NCBI GenBank assembly: GCA_035084275.1
Contig: CM068756.1
Location: 5,642,001 to 5,706,000, forward strand
Direction: 5' to 3'
Length of the DNA: 64,000 nt
DNA from: Hydrolagus colliei
Lineage: Eukaryota
The notes under the pieces were generated by a model. The model did no database searches. It saw only the letters and a program-made list of their open reading frames with translations, and had not been told where the DNA came from. The position numbers were made by a program, and so were the translations under genes. Below are positions 1-12,949 of this stretch, piece by piece (within the stretch, counting starts at the first letter, position 1; every line of letters begins with the position of its first letter).

Positions 1-325
1 TCACTGAGAGATAAGTCTAGCTCTTTCTGGCAAGAATGGGTATGAATTGGCAGCTCGCTTCATCTGTGTGACTACCTGTATTTTATTTGTAGATGTGCTG
101 TTATTATCATGAATATTCCCCCCTCTACCCTGGTCGGCACTACATCAATATGAAGCACTCCAAGAAGTTATACTACATGACGAATGCTAAATAAATGCAA
201 GTTGTTTTTGAATACACTTGGAACCAAAAGCTAGATGGATGTTACAGATTCTAATGGAACCGTGAGAATCCATTCTCACAAGAATGGAAGAACAGCATAA
301 CTGCTCGAAAAGTAGAAGACGCTCC

Positions 326-399
326 TAATAATAATCCTTGCATTTGATACCGCGCCTTCAAGACGTCTCAAAGCGCTTCTCAGAATATACTGTAAAGTG
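326..399 (-). mobile_element. SINE 3' tail fragment (L2-type tail family)
   Basis: Reverse complement reads CACTTTACAGTATATTCTGAGAAGCGCTTTGAGACGTC...ATCAAATGCAAGGATTATTATTA, matching the copies at 1696, 40711 and 48582. Confidence 0.85.
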
Positions 400-1695
400 C
401 AATGATGTTTTATCTCTGCTTCCATCGCTCTCTTTCCCTGTTTATCCAGGGGATGCTTTCCTATGGGGGGGTGGGTGGAGGGGTCCACATCAGAAACCAG
501 GTTTCACTCCACTTTGCACACATTAGCTCCACATGATTTGCCAGATAACAGTTCTGCTCACTCAGCCTATTCATCTGTCAATCATAATTACTGACAACAA
601 ATTTTAAACATTACCTCTAAATTGCCAGAATCCTAGCAGGGTGCGGAGCTGCAAGCAAGACACTAGTGGATGAGATGACATGGAAACTGACAGATTGGAA
701 TTAAGGAGAAAGCAAGGCAACAATTAGCGAATAGAGTTTTCTTAATCTTATTATGTTCTTTTTTTGAAAAATAAGAGTAATTTCTTGAATGGGTACAGTT
801 GATTGCTGGCTTTCTAATTTTATTCATAAAAATGAAATATTCCAAAAGCAAGAAAACATGCAGCAATGGTGTTTTAGGGCTATGATTAGATGCCAATTAT
901 TATACACATACACTAGTTTGCTTAACATTCAGCAATTGACACCAGAAAAATGTGAGGTTTAATGATAATTTATGGATTACATCGAAGAGTGGTGCAATGT
1001 TGAGTTTACAAGTAAACGAGCAGTATTTAAATTAGATGCTAAAAGTGTATAACATAACCAGCAATGTATTTATATTTCCAATCTACAACAGTTTACCGCT
1101 TTATATCCTTTCTTCAGGTAGAAAGCAGGGTAAATGATTGCAGAATGTTCCATACCTTCCCCGGCCCAGCCATGGTTAATGAGATGTGTTTTCATGGGGT
1201 GAGCTGGAGAGAGTGTCACTTTTTCATTAAGATATGACAGCCCACACAGTAAACCAGAAATGAACTGAAGAAACGCATTGCGAGTTATTGAGCTTGGTTG
1301 TCAGATACCAGTCACAGAAACTGCATGCATAGCACGTTGAAATGAGACTCTGAACCGCTACAGTAGTGGACAACTACAACTGGCTAGTAACTTTGAAGTT
1401 TTGCAACATTTTCTTTTGCTAATGGTTACCTTTGAGGATCTACAATACAGTACACTACACACATGTCAAACAGTCAGCAGAGCAACAACAATTGTCTAGT
1501 AACTGTAGAAAAAATCCATTGGTTTTTTTTCTATGCACTTTACTGATTTAATTGGAAACCATGCATGTGACCCTCTCATTGTGAAATCGAATAAAGCATC
1601 TGCAAGACACGAGCCAGTAGTGCATAGAAACAGTGCGATGCAACTAGCAGTTTATGTATTATGGATTTCTCTATTACAGCACTGTTTAGCAGATG

Positions 1696-1830
1696 AATTG
1701 GCTCCCGCGTTTCACCCACAAATATACAGTCAGTTCACTTTACAGTATATTCTGTGAAGCGCTTTGAGATGTCTCGAAGACGTAATAAGGCGGATATTAA
1801 ATGCAGGGATTATTATTATTATTATTATTA
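1696..1830 (+). mobile_element. 5'-truncated SINE, 3' tail ending in (TTA)n
   Basis: AATTGGCTCCCGCGTTTCACCCACAAATATACAGTCAGTTCACTTTACAGTATATTCTGTGAAGCGCTTTGAGATGTC...AAATGCAGGG(ATT)n; near-identical to other copies in the window. Confidence 0.9.
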
Positions 1831-3348
1831 TCTTAGGTGCCATTGAGAGAATGAATAATTACGAAATGATTGTAGTTCTGAGTTGAGAGATAATCCTGAG
1901 CTTTTGCAGCAGTGAGGTAATTTAGCAGAAAAAGCTTTCCATTACGATTCTGCATAAATGTTATGTAATTAAAAAATAAGGATTTTGAGGTTCCAGCAGC
2001 CGTAGCAGACAGTTTCAGTGATTGGTTTTAAAAAGACCACGTTTAACTGCAAGCATTGCAAGTCAGTCAGTATTTAGATCAGCTACAGCAATGTTGAAGC
2101 TTCATACTCACTTTAATTTTATTGCACCCAGTTTAAGCCAGCAGGAATAATCGGGCTGGCAAAATATTAAACCACTATCTGTTGTTGTAGGGGGCTGCCT
2201 AGAGGGCATAAAAATAAAAGCTCATTGATTTGGAGGCATTTTGTCAAGCTTAGGACTGATGTTTTTTTTTCTGTGTACACGTTCTCGCGTCCTTGCTATG
2301 CCTACATCGTTGATATTGTACCTGAAATTGACACAGAAACATTTATTACTTGAAAGTGATGTGTAAAGTAAATGGTGAATGGGGGAGTGAGGTATTGCAG
2401 CTGTTATCTTTTGAACTATCTGCTACTGCATGTACTGCAGCCAGCCCTGGCAGGGTTTTTTGTTCCTGTGAATGAATGGGCAATAAATCTGCCTTGGCTG
2501 ACACCATCAGTGCTGCCACAGTATAGGGAAAATTTGCAGGGGAAGCATCTTGTGGTCCTTGCTTGCCGAAAAATGAGTTCAATAAAATGAAGGTGATCAG
2601 TGCTTATTTATAGGGAGAACTAATCCATCCACTACTGGCTGTCAGAATTTAACCTAGTGTTTTCCCATTTATACTCACTCTCTAAAGCATTATGTGGCAC
2701 TGGAGGATGTTCATAATGCAGTTTTACTAGCCTCTGCCATTTCAAATCATATCCAGTGGCGTAAACAGCAAGGATGGTTTATTGAGTTTGTTTGTAGATG
2801 GAAAGAACTGGTTCTAATTAATTTTTAAGAGCTTTAACAATAGAGAGAGAGAGAGAAAATGCTGGGCAGCACTGTGTTTTCTCGACAATTATCACCGGGT
2901 TGGTGAGTGTGGGAATAATTTTTTCTCTGGTTACAACATCAACAATAGTTGGGTTTTGGGAATGGATTTTATTCAAGCATTTTTCTCTTTCGAACAAACA
3001 AATAAACAAACAAAAATGCTGACCAATTCTAGTTTCTAGCCAGCCCAGTGCCTGCTTAGCAACAGAATTTCAGAATGTAGTCAGCTCACTGTGGCAGTCT
3101 CTGTTGTCTGGTTTCTAAGTCAGGAGGTTGACTTCAGGGTGATGCTGATCCACACCAGCCATGCTCCTGGTTCATTGGTAGGACTTGGAAAAACAGACCA
3201 ATCACTGGGAGCAGGGATTCTTCCCACTGGTCCAAATTCCGAACAAACATCATTTTGTTTTAATCTAGGTTCTAGTCAAAATAAACCTCTGTCTCTAAGT
3301 TAAAATGTTTGTTCTTTGATCCAGCAAGAGATCCCTTTACATTCCCAG

Positions 3349-3440
3349 AAATAGTCATTAGTCAGAATGACTATTTAAGCGCTCTAAGATGCTACTATGT
3401 ACCAAGGGCGCTATATAAGTTGCACGTTATTGCCGTTGTT
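3349..3440 (+). mobile_element. Diverged L2/SINE-type 3' tail preceded by an 11-bp hairpin
   Basis: AAGCGCTCTAAGATG...GGGCGCTATATAAGTTGCACGTTATTGCCGTTGTT has the same architecture as the other tails. Confidence 0.55.
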
Positions 3441-3459
3441 CTAATTACATGACTCACAC

Positions 3460-3900
3460 TGAAATACATGGGATTCGGCTATGAGTTCAGATTTTGAGAT
3501 TTTCGGAGTTAATCCAGAGATTGATTCCAATGACCAGGATGCAAGACTCTTTAAAGCACCAGGTAATAGGGACATATCTCTAGACTGGACAAGCAGAGGA
3601 ACAACGTATTTAGTGGTACATTATCAGACATTGGATAGATCGTCTCAAGGAGGGGTTGCACAGATAAAACCCTTCACCAGCAGAGTGATAATGGTGATAA
3701 TGGACACTTACACGGATCACTGGGATTTGGGTGTCTCCCACTAGACTAAAGGGAAAACTGATACATATTAGGTTATGAAAGGTTCAATGCCCATTGTAGT
3801 AGACTGCAAAGAATCAGATGCTCCCCTAGCGATTCATCAGAAAATTATGATAACATATTTGGGAGAAAAGGATACCAATTTGTTGCTGTGGCTTTATAGA
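3460..3900 (+). mobile_element. Possible highly decayed CR1 LINE endonuclease region
   Basis: ORF 3481-3744 contains SDFEIFGV and HYQTLDRSSQGGVA, resembling the CR1 endonuclease motifs DIIGITETW and GY..RDR..GGGVA. Confidence 0.35.
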
Positions 3901-4019
3901 ATTTATACTGTGCTTAGATTGCCCGTATGTTGAAATATGTCACAGGTGAATCTTTTAAAAAATATTTCTATTTATGATATCACAACTATTCAAATGCTTT
4001 TCACATCACTTATATCAGA

Positions 4020-4750
4020 TAATCCATTGTGAAATTCTGGGCTTTTGAAGTTCACAAGTTGGGACAAGTGTTTGCAACACTCAGCAAGATGCTTTCAATA
4101 GAAGCATGTCATCTCCACTTAAAACCCCTTAAAGGCTGATTAAATATTAAATGAGCACTCAAATTTACTATTGAAATGAAGGTAGAATTCTGTCCATTAT
4201 GATAATAAATGTCTAAACGATGTAAGTATTTTAGTTTGTCAAAGACATTTAAATTTGGATTATTAACTTGAGACATCACCTCTTTCAGTCCCACTTTCAG
4301 CAAGTCCATAAACTGCAACCGATAAGTTTGAGCTGCCACTTTGAGTTGTGTGTCATTCATATTGTGTAACTACATTTACATATCTTCCAAGCGCCACTCA
4401 TTACCAATGCCGATCACTCATTTTGCTTTTATAATTCTAACCTAATCACTTGACGAATAAACACAGCACAATATTTTTAAGTGGGTTTGCAATCTGCTCA
4501 CTCTTGCTGATCATAAATGTCACTCCTAACATTTCCCTGATGTTGATGGTTCTGAAATGCTGAATAAAATATTCGCGATAGATCATGCAGAACCATTGAA
4601 AAATGAGCAAGTGACGAGGTACTAAGCACTGTTACAGATAAAATTGCAGCCTTTCTGCCACCGATAACACGAATCTTTCAAAGTCTTATAAACTGGGCAG
4701 AATTATTTTATTCTCATCTTGCATTACCTTTGAAGGTTTCTATGGAGTAA
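4020..4750 (-). mobile_element. Decayed CR1 LINE ORF2 C-terminal region
   Basis: Minus-strand translated remnants occur in CR1 order: DFERFVLSVAERLQF (cf. DLDRL..WA..WQM.FN), REMLGV (ERDLGV), NYKSK, LKEV..LNVFDKL (LIEVFKIM.GFDK). Confidence 0.5.
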
Positions 4751-5544
4751 ACCAAAATTGAGTTCCATCATCTTATTAAAAAAAACACATTTGATGCTTA
4801 TAGCTCTAAATCAAACTACCAAATAAAACTAGAAATGAAAATATTTCCTCACACACCTTCCCGACTCCTACTTCTTTCCTTGTTACCTTTTGAGAGACTG
4901 CTATTTCTGATTCATTTTAGTTGCCTGTTCCTGCTGTTTCTCAGAAACCTTTCATTGCTGCATGTTTCGGAATTGACTACGGCTGTTTTCCCTTAGGCAG
5001 CAGAATCTGCCTCTGACTGGAATAAAAACCATTCCCATTCTCTAGCTGCCAGGAAGAGCACCTTCACTGTATACAATAACAGCTTTCACTGTTGCCATCA
5101 CCAAGATTTCCCCTGTCTCTGGCAGTATTTAAAAGATATAACAGCTTTTCACAGTAAAGTTCAAACTGCCAATATCACTCTCCATGAGGAATACAGATTT
5201 CTTGCCAGCTTTTAAAATAAACATCTGTTATCATGAACCCTTACAATGAACTGAAAGGTGTTTGTTGACATTATCAAACACATATTAGTACAGGGAAGTA
5301 GTAAGCTAATTTGGGAATGAATACATTGATGTGGCACCTTCAGGTTCCTGAACTGAATCTGAGGACTGATCAAATAGTTTGGGATGAAAATTAAACACAA
5401 AATGGTTGCGGCAGCCATGACAATGGTAACAAGAACAGAAATTCTGTTGCATTTCCTCTTCTTGCCATGCAATATTTTTATTCATTTTTTTTCCCCCCCA
5501 ATGGAGGAACTTCAACCATTCAACAATCCCCTCCCGAGTTCAGG

Positions 5545-6620
5545 ACTAAATTATCTGCTAACCATCCTGTTGCTGCCAAGATTATACAGATGGTTGGGGA
5601 AATGATAGATGTTGACCTCCAGCCACACTCGGAGTATATGGAGTTCAGAGATTGATTAATTATTTGCCGTTCAGATATATACCATTCCTCTACATTGTAC
5701 TTTCTGTGCTTTCAATTATTCGAAATGTCTATTAAGCTGTGAAACGTGCAATCACTGACAAAAGATGCAAAAGCAATTGCTAGCGCCTTCACTACTGACA
5801 TATGGAGCAGCTCCACATCTAACAAATATTTGTCCCCGATCACACACTAAGTTACCTTCCAACTGTGGTCCATTGGGTGCTCTGGTAATGATTATCATGC
5901 ATTGGCACTGCTGGAGGTCGCCCTGTTAGAGGGTGAATGCACAGCTGCCAACATCTTTCATTTTTTACAGTTCTTGTTGAATGAGTGGATTCATTCCAAT
6001 AACTTGACAGTCAGGATGATTATTACAGATAATGGCGTTAACATGAGGGAAGCTGGACTGGATGGTAGTTATTGTAATTCGCATTGTTTTGCATACACAC
6101 TAAATCTTGCTGTGTATAATTCTCAGGAGAACTACAAAATCAGTGACAAACATTGTCGCCATTATTTGAAGAAACCTGGGACATTTCCATTTCTCTGCGA
6201 AAACTATAGAGCAGCTGGAATGTTTCTAAAGAGAACGTAATGTGCCAGCACATCTGATACAGGACATGACAACTAGATGGAACTCCATGTTTTTCATGAT
6301 AGAGCACCTAGTGGAGCAAATAAAAACCCATATATTGCATGAGTATGGAATACATGATTGGTGGCAGCTTGACGCATTCCCAATAGACTGTGGTTCAGTT
6401 GCTGTTCAATCTGTTGAAAGCCAATCATGAGCACTGGAACTTGGCCACCCTCTGCCAAGTCATCCCAATTGCATTCATCCTAAATTGCATGATTCTTTTA
6501 CTAAATATCTGCTGAAGTGACAGCTGTACAGAAAACGCCACATTTTTATGCAAGTCTCATCTTTTTAAGGATGCAAATATACATCAGCCATATTGCTCGA
6601 ACTCTGCTTTAAGGCTTTTA
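5545..6620 (+). pseudogene. Disrupted hAT (Ac-like, ZBED4/ZBED6-related) transposase fossil
   Basis: Collinear motifs across frames: [109 protein letters not shown]; multiple stops and frameshifts. Confidence 0.88.
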
Positions 6621-9600
6621 CCCTACTAATGAGACCTATGTAATTCATCAGGGTAGGTTGGTTAGGGAAGGAACTGTAGCCCCCAAATCTTGCGGGCATA
6701 ATACTGAGCAGAAGAAACGTGTTTGAATAGTCATTTTAATTATCTTGATTGCAGCTATCTCCAGTGATTTCTATGGAAACAGTGATAGGATGGCCTTGGA
6801 CATTCTTCCTATCAAACAAACAGGGTAAGGGGTGCTTCTTAAACTTTTAGCAATGTCATTGACCGCATCAAGTGGAGTGCCCGGCATTCTTAAGTGGAAA
6901 CTGTAAGAAATGTGAATTCTGAAGCAGTAATGGAAAAGTGGCAGCCAATTGCAAAGCACCCCTTGTCTAATGATCTTTTCACGCTTCTGGAGCAGCTAAT
7001 GAGCTGCTTGACCTCTAAAAACTTAAAAAAGTCAGAGAATCAAGCTGCAGAATGGAGAATTGTGGTGGAAAGTGGCTTAACAACAGCAGCTAAGCCCAAG
7101 GTCAATGTGTTCATGAGCTATTTCTTGTAAATGTTTGTGAAAACAATTATGGAGAAAGGACATTTCTTGTGGGAAAGGACAACCCTCTCCAAAAATGCAA
7201 AGAAGGCATCAAGTGAGGAAATATGTCTCTGGCAGCTTCAACTGGATCTCATCCACTTGGAGATCTCTGCAGGTGAAGTGGTGGAAGTTACACGTTATAA
7301 AGCAGAAGTTGAAGGTAAGCCCAATTGAAAAGTAAGACATTTGTTGGTAAAGTTGCAATATGAAATTATAATAAGAGTTGTCCTATTAATAAACTTACAT
7401 TAAACGAGGTTAGTGAATTGGCTGATCAATGGAGAACAAGGCTTTGTTTCCTCTCTGGCAGGTTTGCTAGCTGTGCCAATGATCTGAAAAATAATGTATC
7501 ATCTGCTCTCTTTACTGAGAGATGCAACCAACCAGAGATATCGCTTTACCTAAGTGTTCAAGCAGTGGTTAGTACTTAAATAACAATAGTACTGATGATT
7601 ATTTGAAATGGAATCTAAGTGATTGAACAATTTCCGAAAGGAAATTGGACAGAAGAAAATAAGAGGGTCTTTACTCAGAATTCCTGAAAACACTTTCCAG
7701 GTGGATAAAAGGTGATCTACCGAGGCTGAAGTGGTTGTGTGGTACATTCTACTCTTAACTCTTATCAGTAAGTTTACATAACAGAGGGTGTATGCACCAG
7801 GTAATCAGTATTGAATGAACTCAAGAGAATGTGCAAAATCTGAGCCCCATCAAGTCCATTCGCCAGCACTAACCATCATGTGATGTATACCCTTGCTGAG
7901 GTTTCAGAATTTATGGATTGAATTTTGACCAGTGCTAACTCTTGGGAGGGGATATGTGTCACTGGGTATGTCAATGACTAAATACCAAGCCTTTCTGGAG
8001 TGAAAGCCAAGACAGTCAAATTTGATAGGAAAACTATGATCAATCATCATAAGGATGAATACAGTATCAATGGCATAAATTGAAGAATTACAGCTATCAA
8101 GAGATTCAGCCTTGTGGGACACAATACACGATCACACCCAACACTCTTGGGCATATGCAGCAGCAAGTATATGTTCAATATATATTTTGTCACTTGTTTT
8201 AATCAGTACATCTGATAAACAGGGACAGCTTCAGGATTTAGTGATTCCTTCTGAAAAAGTTATGTTAAACCCCTTATTTATCATTGTGACTTTCCTTTTT
8301 TGTAAGTCTTCAGTATAATACTTTTTGAGCTTTCAATTACCTTTGAGATCTGAAATGCAATATGGGATGACTGATGAAAGTCTGTCGATGACAAATTCAC
8401 ATTGTGCAGGAGTCACATGAATTTATCTTTATGAAAGCATAAAAATATTCGGCTTAGTTATGATTTTCTTTTATGTCTCGAAGGGTTGAAAGTGTAATGC
8501 CATACAGAAGGTTATAGCTTTTTGTTACAAACACAATTGGCCCTATTTATAAAACTGTCCCTGCTGTGTTTTGCTGTGTCCTCTGCTAACAAACAACAGC
8601 ATCTGGCAGAGGCAGCTTTAAAGCAAGGACGGCGAGTCCATCAGTGTGTACACAGGATTCAACGCTGCCTAGTGCATGCACTCTATGAAGATCCCTCCAC
8701 CTGAAGTCAGTGAAGTGTATTCACTTCACATCTGCTTCACTCAAATGACTGTCTCCTGAGCTCTATGGAAGAACCTTTCAATGCTGATTATTTTTCAATG
8801 GTATGTCTTGTTTCACACCTAACGCTAATGGGACATATACAGGGGTAAATACTTTACAGTCTAAATAGCAACACCGACACCACCCCCACCCATCCTTTTG
8901 TGATCTTGATTGTACCACTATAATTCAAGGCAAAGCCAAAGCATTTTTGTTAAAACAGTATTTATACTAAAACCATCAATTTTTGACTGCATTTCACATG
9001 ATACAAGAGAATACTGCACAAAACATTTTCAAATGTGCCTAACAGTGAGCAAAACATGTACAGATTTGGTTAGGTTTTATATTTAAATGCAGTGGTTTTT
9101 TCTATGACACTAATCTGCAAAAAGGCCGTTTTGCTCTATTAATATAGACGTGGGAAGACTTTAAGTATTTGACAGCAGTTGAGAACAAGGGACCAAATCC
9201 TGACAAATTTGGCCTGGTTTAGTTGGACAGAACACTGGATTTTTTTTCCAGAAAGGAAAAATACTCTATAATATCTGAAGCCACATTTTATGACTCGAAG
9301 GAGATATTTGACACCAGTTTAAGGAATGAGTCTTCTTGCTGCAAGTTAATCAATATTCCCACATGAGGGTCCAGCAGAATTTCTAATAGGAGTCTGTGAA
9401 GGCAGTGTTTAGGATCCTGCCGATTATTAATTGGGTGATCCTTTCAATGGGTTTTACAATTCATTGCCAGAATAGTGAAATTATAGGACATGTCCGAAAA
9501 GTTTTATTTTCATTTAGAAAGCACAAATACCGTTTGAAAAATGTAAAACAGTGCAAATGTCTATATTTTCTCTTTTTATTGGGTGATATTTCAGAAGCCG

Positions 9601-10139
9601 AGCATTTATTTTCTACACGGATGGAAATGACTGGTGTTGCATGGCAATTTGCAGTGAAAAATCTACTGTGACACAATTTGAAAGAAATAGCAGAAAAAAA
9701 GGATTCAAATTTGTTTTCATGTCTCGGGGCCTCAATAACACTTATGTCAAATTAGTGCACACGAACCATGGAAATACTTACATTCACAAAACTGTGGGGG
9801 CTATTCTTATCCCTTTTATGTTTTTTTAATTGACAGATATGAGTAAGAAGTAGAATCAGTCATTTTTCCCTTTTATATAATCACCAGGATGCTTATCAGA
9901 TAGATTTTTATAAGATTTTATATACTTAGTTAATTTATTGGGCTGTTATTCGCCGGTCTTCCGTTATTCGAATATTTTTTTGTGGCTTATCTCACACATG
10001 CCAAATTTACAAAAAATTACAAATAACGTGAAAACCACAACTAGATGAGGTGATATTGCTTGTGCAGTGAACGATTGAACTGCTCACACCTTCACATGGT
10101 ATGTGGGCTCCCTAAAAGTCGCAAAATTGCAACATTTAT

Positions 10140-10690
10140 TTGGATGCAGAAGGCCCTTTGCCCCATCCTTGATCTCATCCTTCCAGAACACCCACCATAT
10201 CATCCTGTCCATCACAGCATCAATTCTGTTTTTCAAATGAGTCCAATGTCATGGACCAAGCTACCAACAGCAACCTGTTCAATTGTCAATTATCTTTTGG
10301 ATAAAGAAAAACTTCCTGATGTCTGTCTGGTATCTGTCATGAAATTGCCTTTCGCAACTCTAAACCTATGTCTTCTTGTTTTACAGCCTTGGTACATCCT
10401 AAAGTATTTTTCTGAATTTAGTTTTTCATTCCCATTTAAAATTGTGTACAGCTGTATAAGGCCGTTTCTGAGACAACTTCCCTCAAGAGCCCTAAATAAT
10501 GGTTGCTCATAGCTCATTTCTCTGAACATTGTGGATCCAATTCTCCTCTAGGGCCTTATTTTGGGTCGACCAGAACTGTATGCAGTTGTCTGGGTGCAGC
10601 CTGACCAGAGTTTCAGTATAACATCTGGGGAACTGAACCTAACTGAGTTAGTTTACCGAGCAGTGCACTATTGATTCTTCTGCTTCATCA
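10140..10690 (-). mobile_element. CR1 LINE 3' end (ORF2 C-terminus and 3'UTR)
   Basis: TLVRLHPDNCIQFWS (cf. LVRPHLEYCVQFWSP) followed by ORF 10290-10529 EMSYEQ..LRNGLIQLYTILNGNEKLN..YF..KTRRHRFRVAKG (cf. MSYEERL..RLRGDLI.VYKI..RTRGH). Confidence 0.85.
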
Positions 10691-10807
10691 CAGCTGGTTG
10701 GAAACATGAGTTTAAAAATTCTACAGTTTTTGTCACAAAACACCTTGATGCAATTTTATTTTTATTTCTATTTGCGGGCACAGGTTCTTTCTCTTTTTAA
10801 CTTACAT

Positions 10808-10910
10808 CCACAAATATATAGTCAATTCACTTTACTGTATACTCTGTGAAGCGTTTTGGGATGTTTAAAAGATGTGAAAAGCACTATATAAAATCCAAGG
10901 ATTATTATTA
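10808..10910 (+). mobile_element. 5'-truncated SINE tail
   Basis: CCACAAATATATAGTCAATTCACTTTACTGTATACTCTGTGAAGCG...CAAGGATTATTATTA. Confidence 0.85.
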
Positions 10911-12399
10911 TGTGAATAACACGGTTTCATTCATGTCAACTCCCATCTATCCTGATTATTTTATGGGTGAGGGTAATTCCCTACCAAACGTGATGAAGAA
11001 GTTCAGAATTTTGCACATAGCATAACACATGTTCAGTGGACATCACTTCAGAAGCTTGGAGACCAGGATATTATCTTACTGACTTAAGCTTTCATTTTCA
11101 GAAGCAATTATAGTTGCAGTGATTCATCTTTGATCAGCAATACATTGTCAATTGATGTAACTGCCCTATAACATGGATCAGATTCCATAATTAGATATTA
11201 AGACAATTGTGCCCTGGTTACTTTCTAATACCAAAGAAGTTTTGACCTGTGATTTTTTTTCACAAAATGTCTGCAAGGACAAATAGAAGATAATCCACGT
11301 GGCTTCAAACATCAAATAGATGTCAGGATTTGACTGGTACTCACAGAAGGTAGACTGGTATTCACACTTCACCAGAGTATATTCCTATCAGGAACTCACA
11401 GGAAATTGTGGTGAGCTTGAATCAAATCGAAAGCCCTTGTACTAAAAGCTCCAGTATTTTCCTTTTGACTTAACAGCAGCTCCTTAAGTGTTTGCAAAAT
11501 GTCTGTCAGCTTTCAGCTCTCACCTACAGGAATAGGAAGTCCATTTTACCCCTATTTAGGTGACTCATTTCCGAGGTCTCTGTTGCTAGAAAGGCCGTAG
11601 GAAGGAATCCCTAACTTGAAGTTCGCTGTTGTTTTTTAATTTGGTATTGAGGGCGAGGGACTGATTACATAGATTTATTTATCAGTCCTCGGTCTTCTGA
11701 TTAGCTCTGAAGCCACGGGTTTAACCCATAAATGTTTGCAGGTGAGAGAGTTTCCTTTGGATAAACAGAATTTACTGTGATGAGCTACATTGCCATTTCA
11801 CTCATTGTGAAAGACTGAGAACTCATTTACCCCTAAAGGGCTTGGGAGTTACTGGTCTTTCACACTCTTGGAATAACCTCCGTATTCTTGCTGTCACAGT
11901 GAGTTATCATCAATATCTGTAACTTTCGGCTATGTTAAAAGATCACATTTCAGAATTTGTTGGTTGACCTATAAAAAACATTTTTGGTGGGGAGGAGTGG
12001 GTGACAGAAAACAACTGCCAGAGGTATAATCCTAAAATTAATCCTTTACTAATATTGCATTCATTAAGATTGACTTCACGTTACTTACCTGTGATTCTTT
12101 AAAGTAGCATTATTTAATGGGTGATGATTTTAATAACAAGTGACATGTGTATAAATAATTTTTATGACACTGTATGTCCTAGAGGTTTCTATGAAGTCCA
12201 TCGGCATCGAAGGCTGTTGAGTATAAATATGAATAAATTCTCTTGAACAGTGAGCAGCAACACAAAAGCCTGCATCAAGAATCGTGTTTCGACAAATTAC
12301 TTGGAAATATAATCTTTTAGCGATTAAAAAAAACTTAAGTTTGTGAATTTTTATAAAGGAGGTTTCTGATTAAATTCAAATTAACCTAAAATCTTGGAT

Positions 12400-12780
12400 G
12401 TATTGCGAATTCATTCATTCCGTCAAGGCCCGGGTTGTGAAGCCAACTATAGTAGGTTAAAGCTGTCGTCCATTATTCCGACAGTGAGTACTGGATCTTA
12501 TTTGAGTAGACAGGGAGATGTGGCGAAAGCAGTTTACGCACATCTTTCAAATAGTAAGGGAAACGGAAGCCAATTCACCCGGGGGCCTTTTGTATATAGT
12601 CCTATTGGTCATCTGAAAAGCAGCATTGGCAGAGCTGAATGGCACGTCGCATAGAGCAGAGAGGTCAGAGCTGTGCTTTAGATTAGCATTAGCCCAGCTT
12701 CTAAAAAACAACAATATCATACTTACACATTATTCAAATTGAACACTTTGGAGTGGATTTTCAGCTAGATACGGTAAAGA
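12400..12780. promoter_or_regulatory. Candidate promoter-like element
   Basis: Locally raised CpG; CGGAAG (ETS-like) 12564, CCAAT 12570, TATATA 12593, ATTGG 12604 and 12625; not recognisable as a repeat. Confidence 0.35.
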
Positions 12781-12949
12781 AGGCTTGCACTAGGACTGAG
12801 CACAAATTAAGTATTTCTGGATCAACATTCACAATTTGTACCAGGTCAAACTAGGATGTACAATAATAACTCCATTCCAATACAGCTGACCAGTGTAGTT
12901 CATCAAGCCAATAAGCAAAGCAACATTTGCAATCGGTGATAGAATGATT

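Noticed and set aside
6894-7328. Two abutting in-frame ORFs downstream of the hAT fossil
   Set aside because: No hAT dimerisation-domain motif or other recognisable domain; possibly the antisense of a decayed LINE.
8702-8740. Hairpin GTGAAGTG-TATT-CACTTCAC with a bulged extension
   Set aside because: Too short for a pre-miRNA, no known mature miRNA recognised, and expected by chance in 64 kb.
10060-10512. Longest ORF in the track (150 aa, + strand)
   Set aside because: It is the antisense frame of a CR1 fossil, not a host gene.
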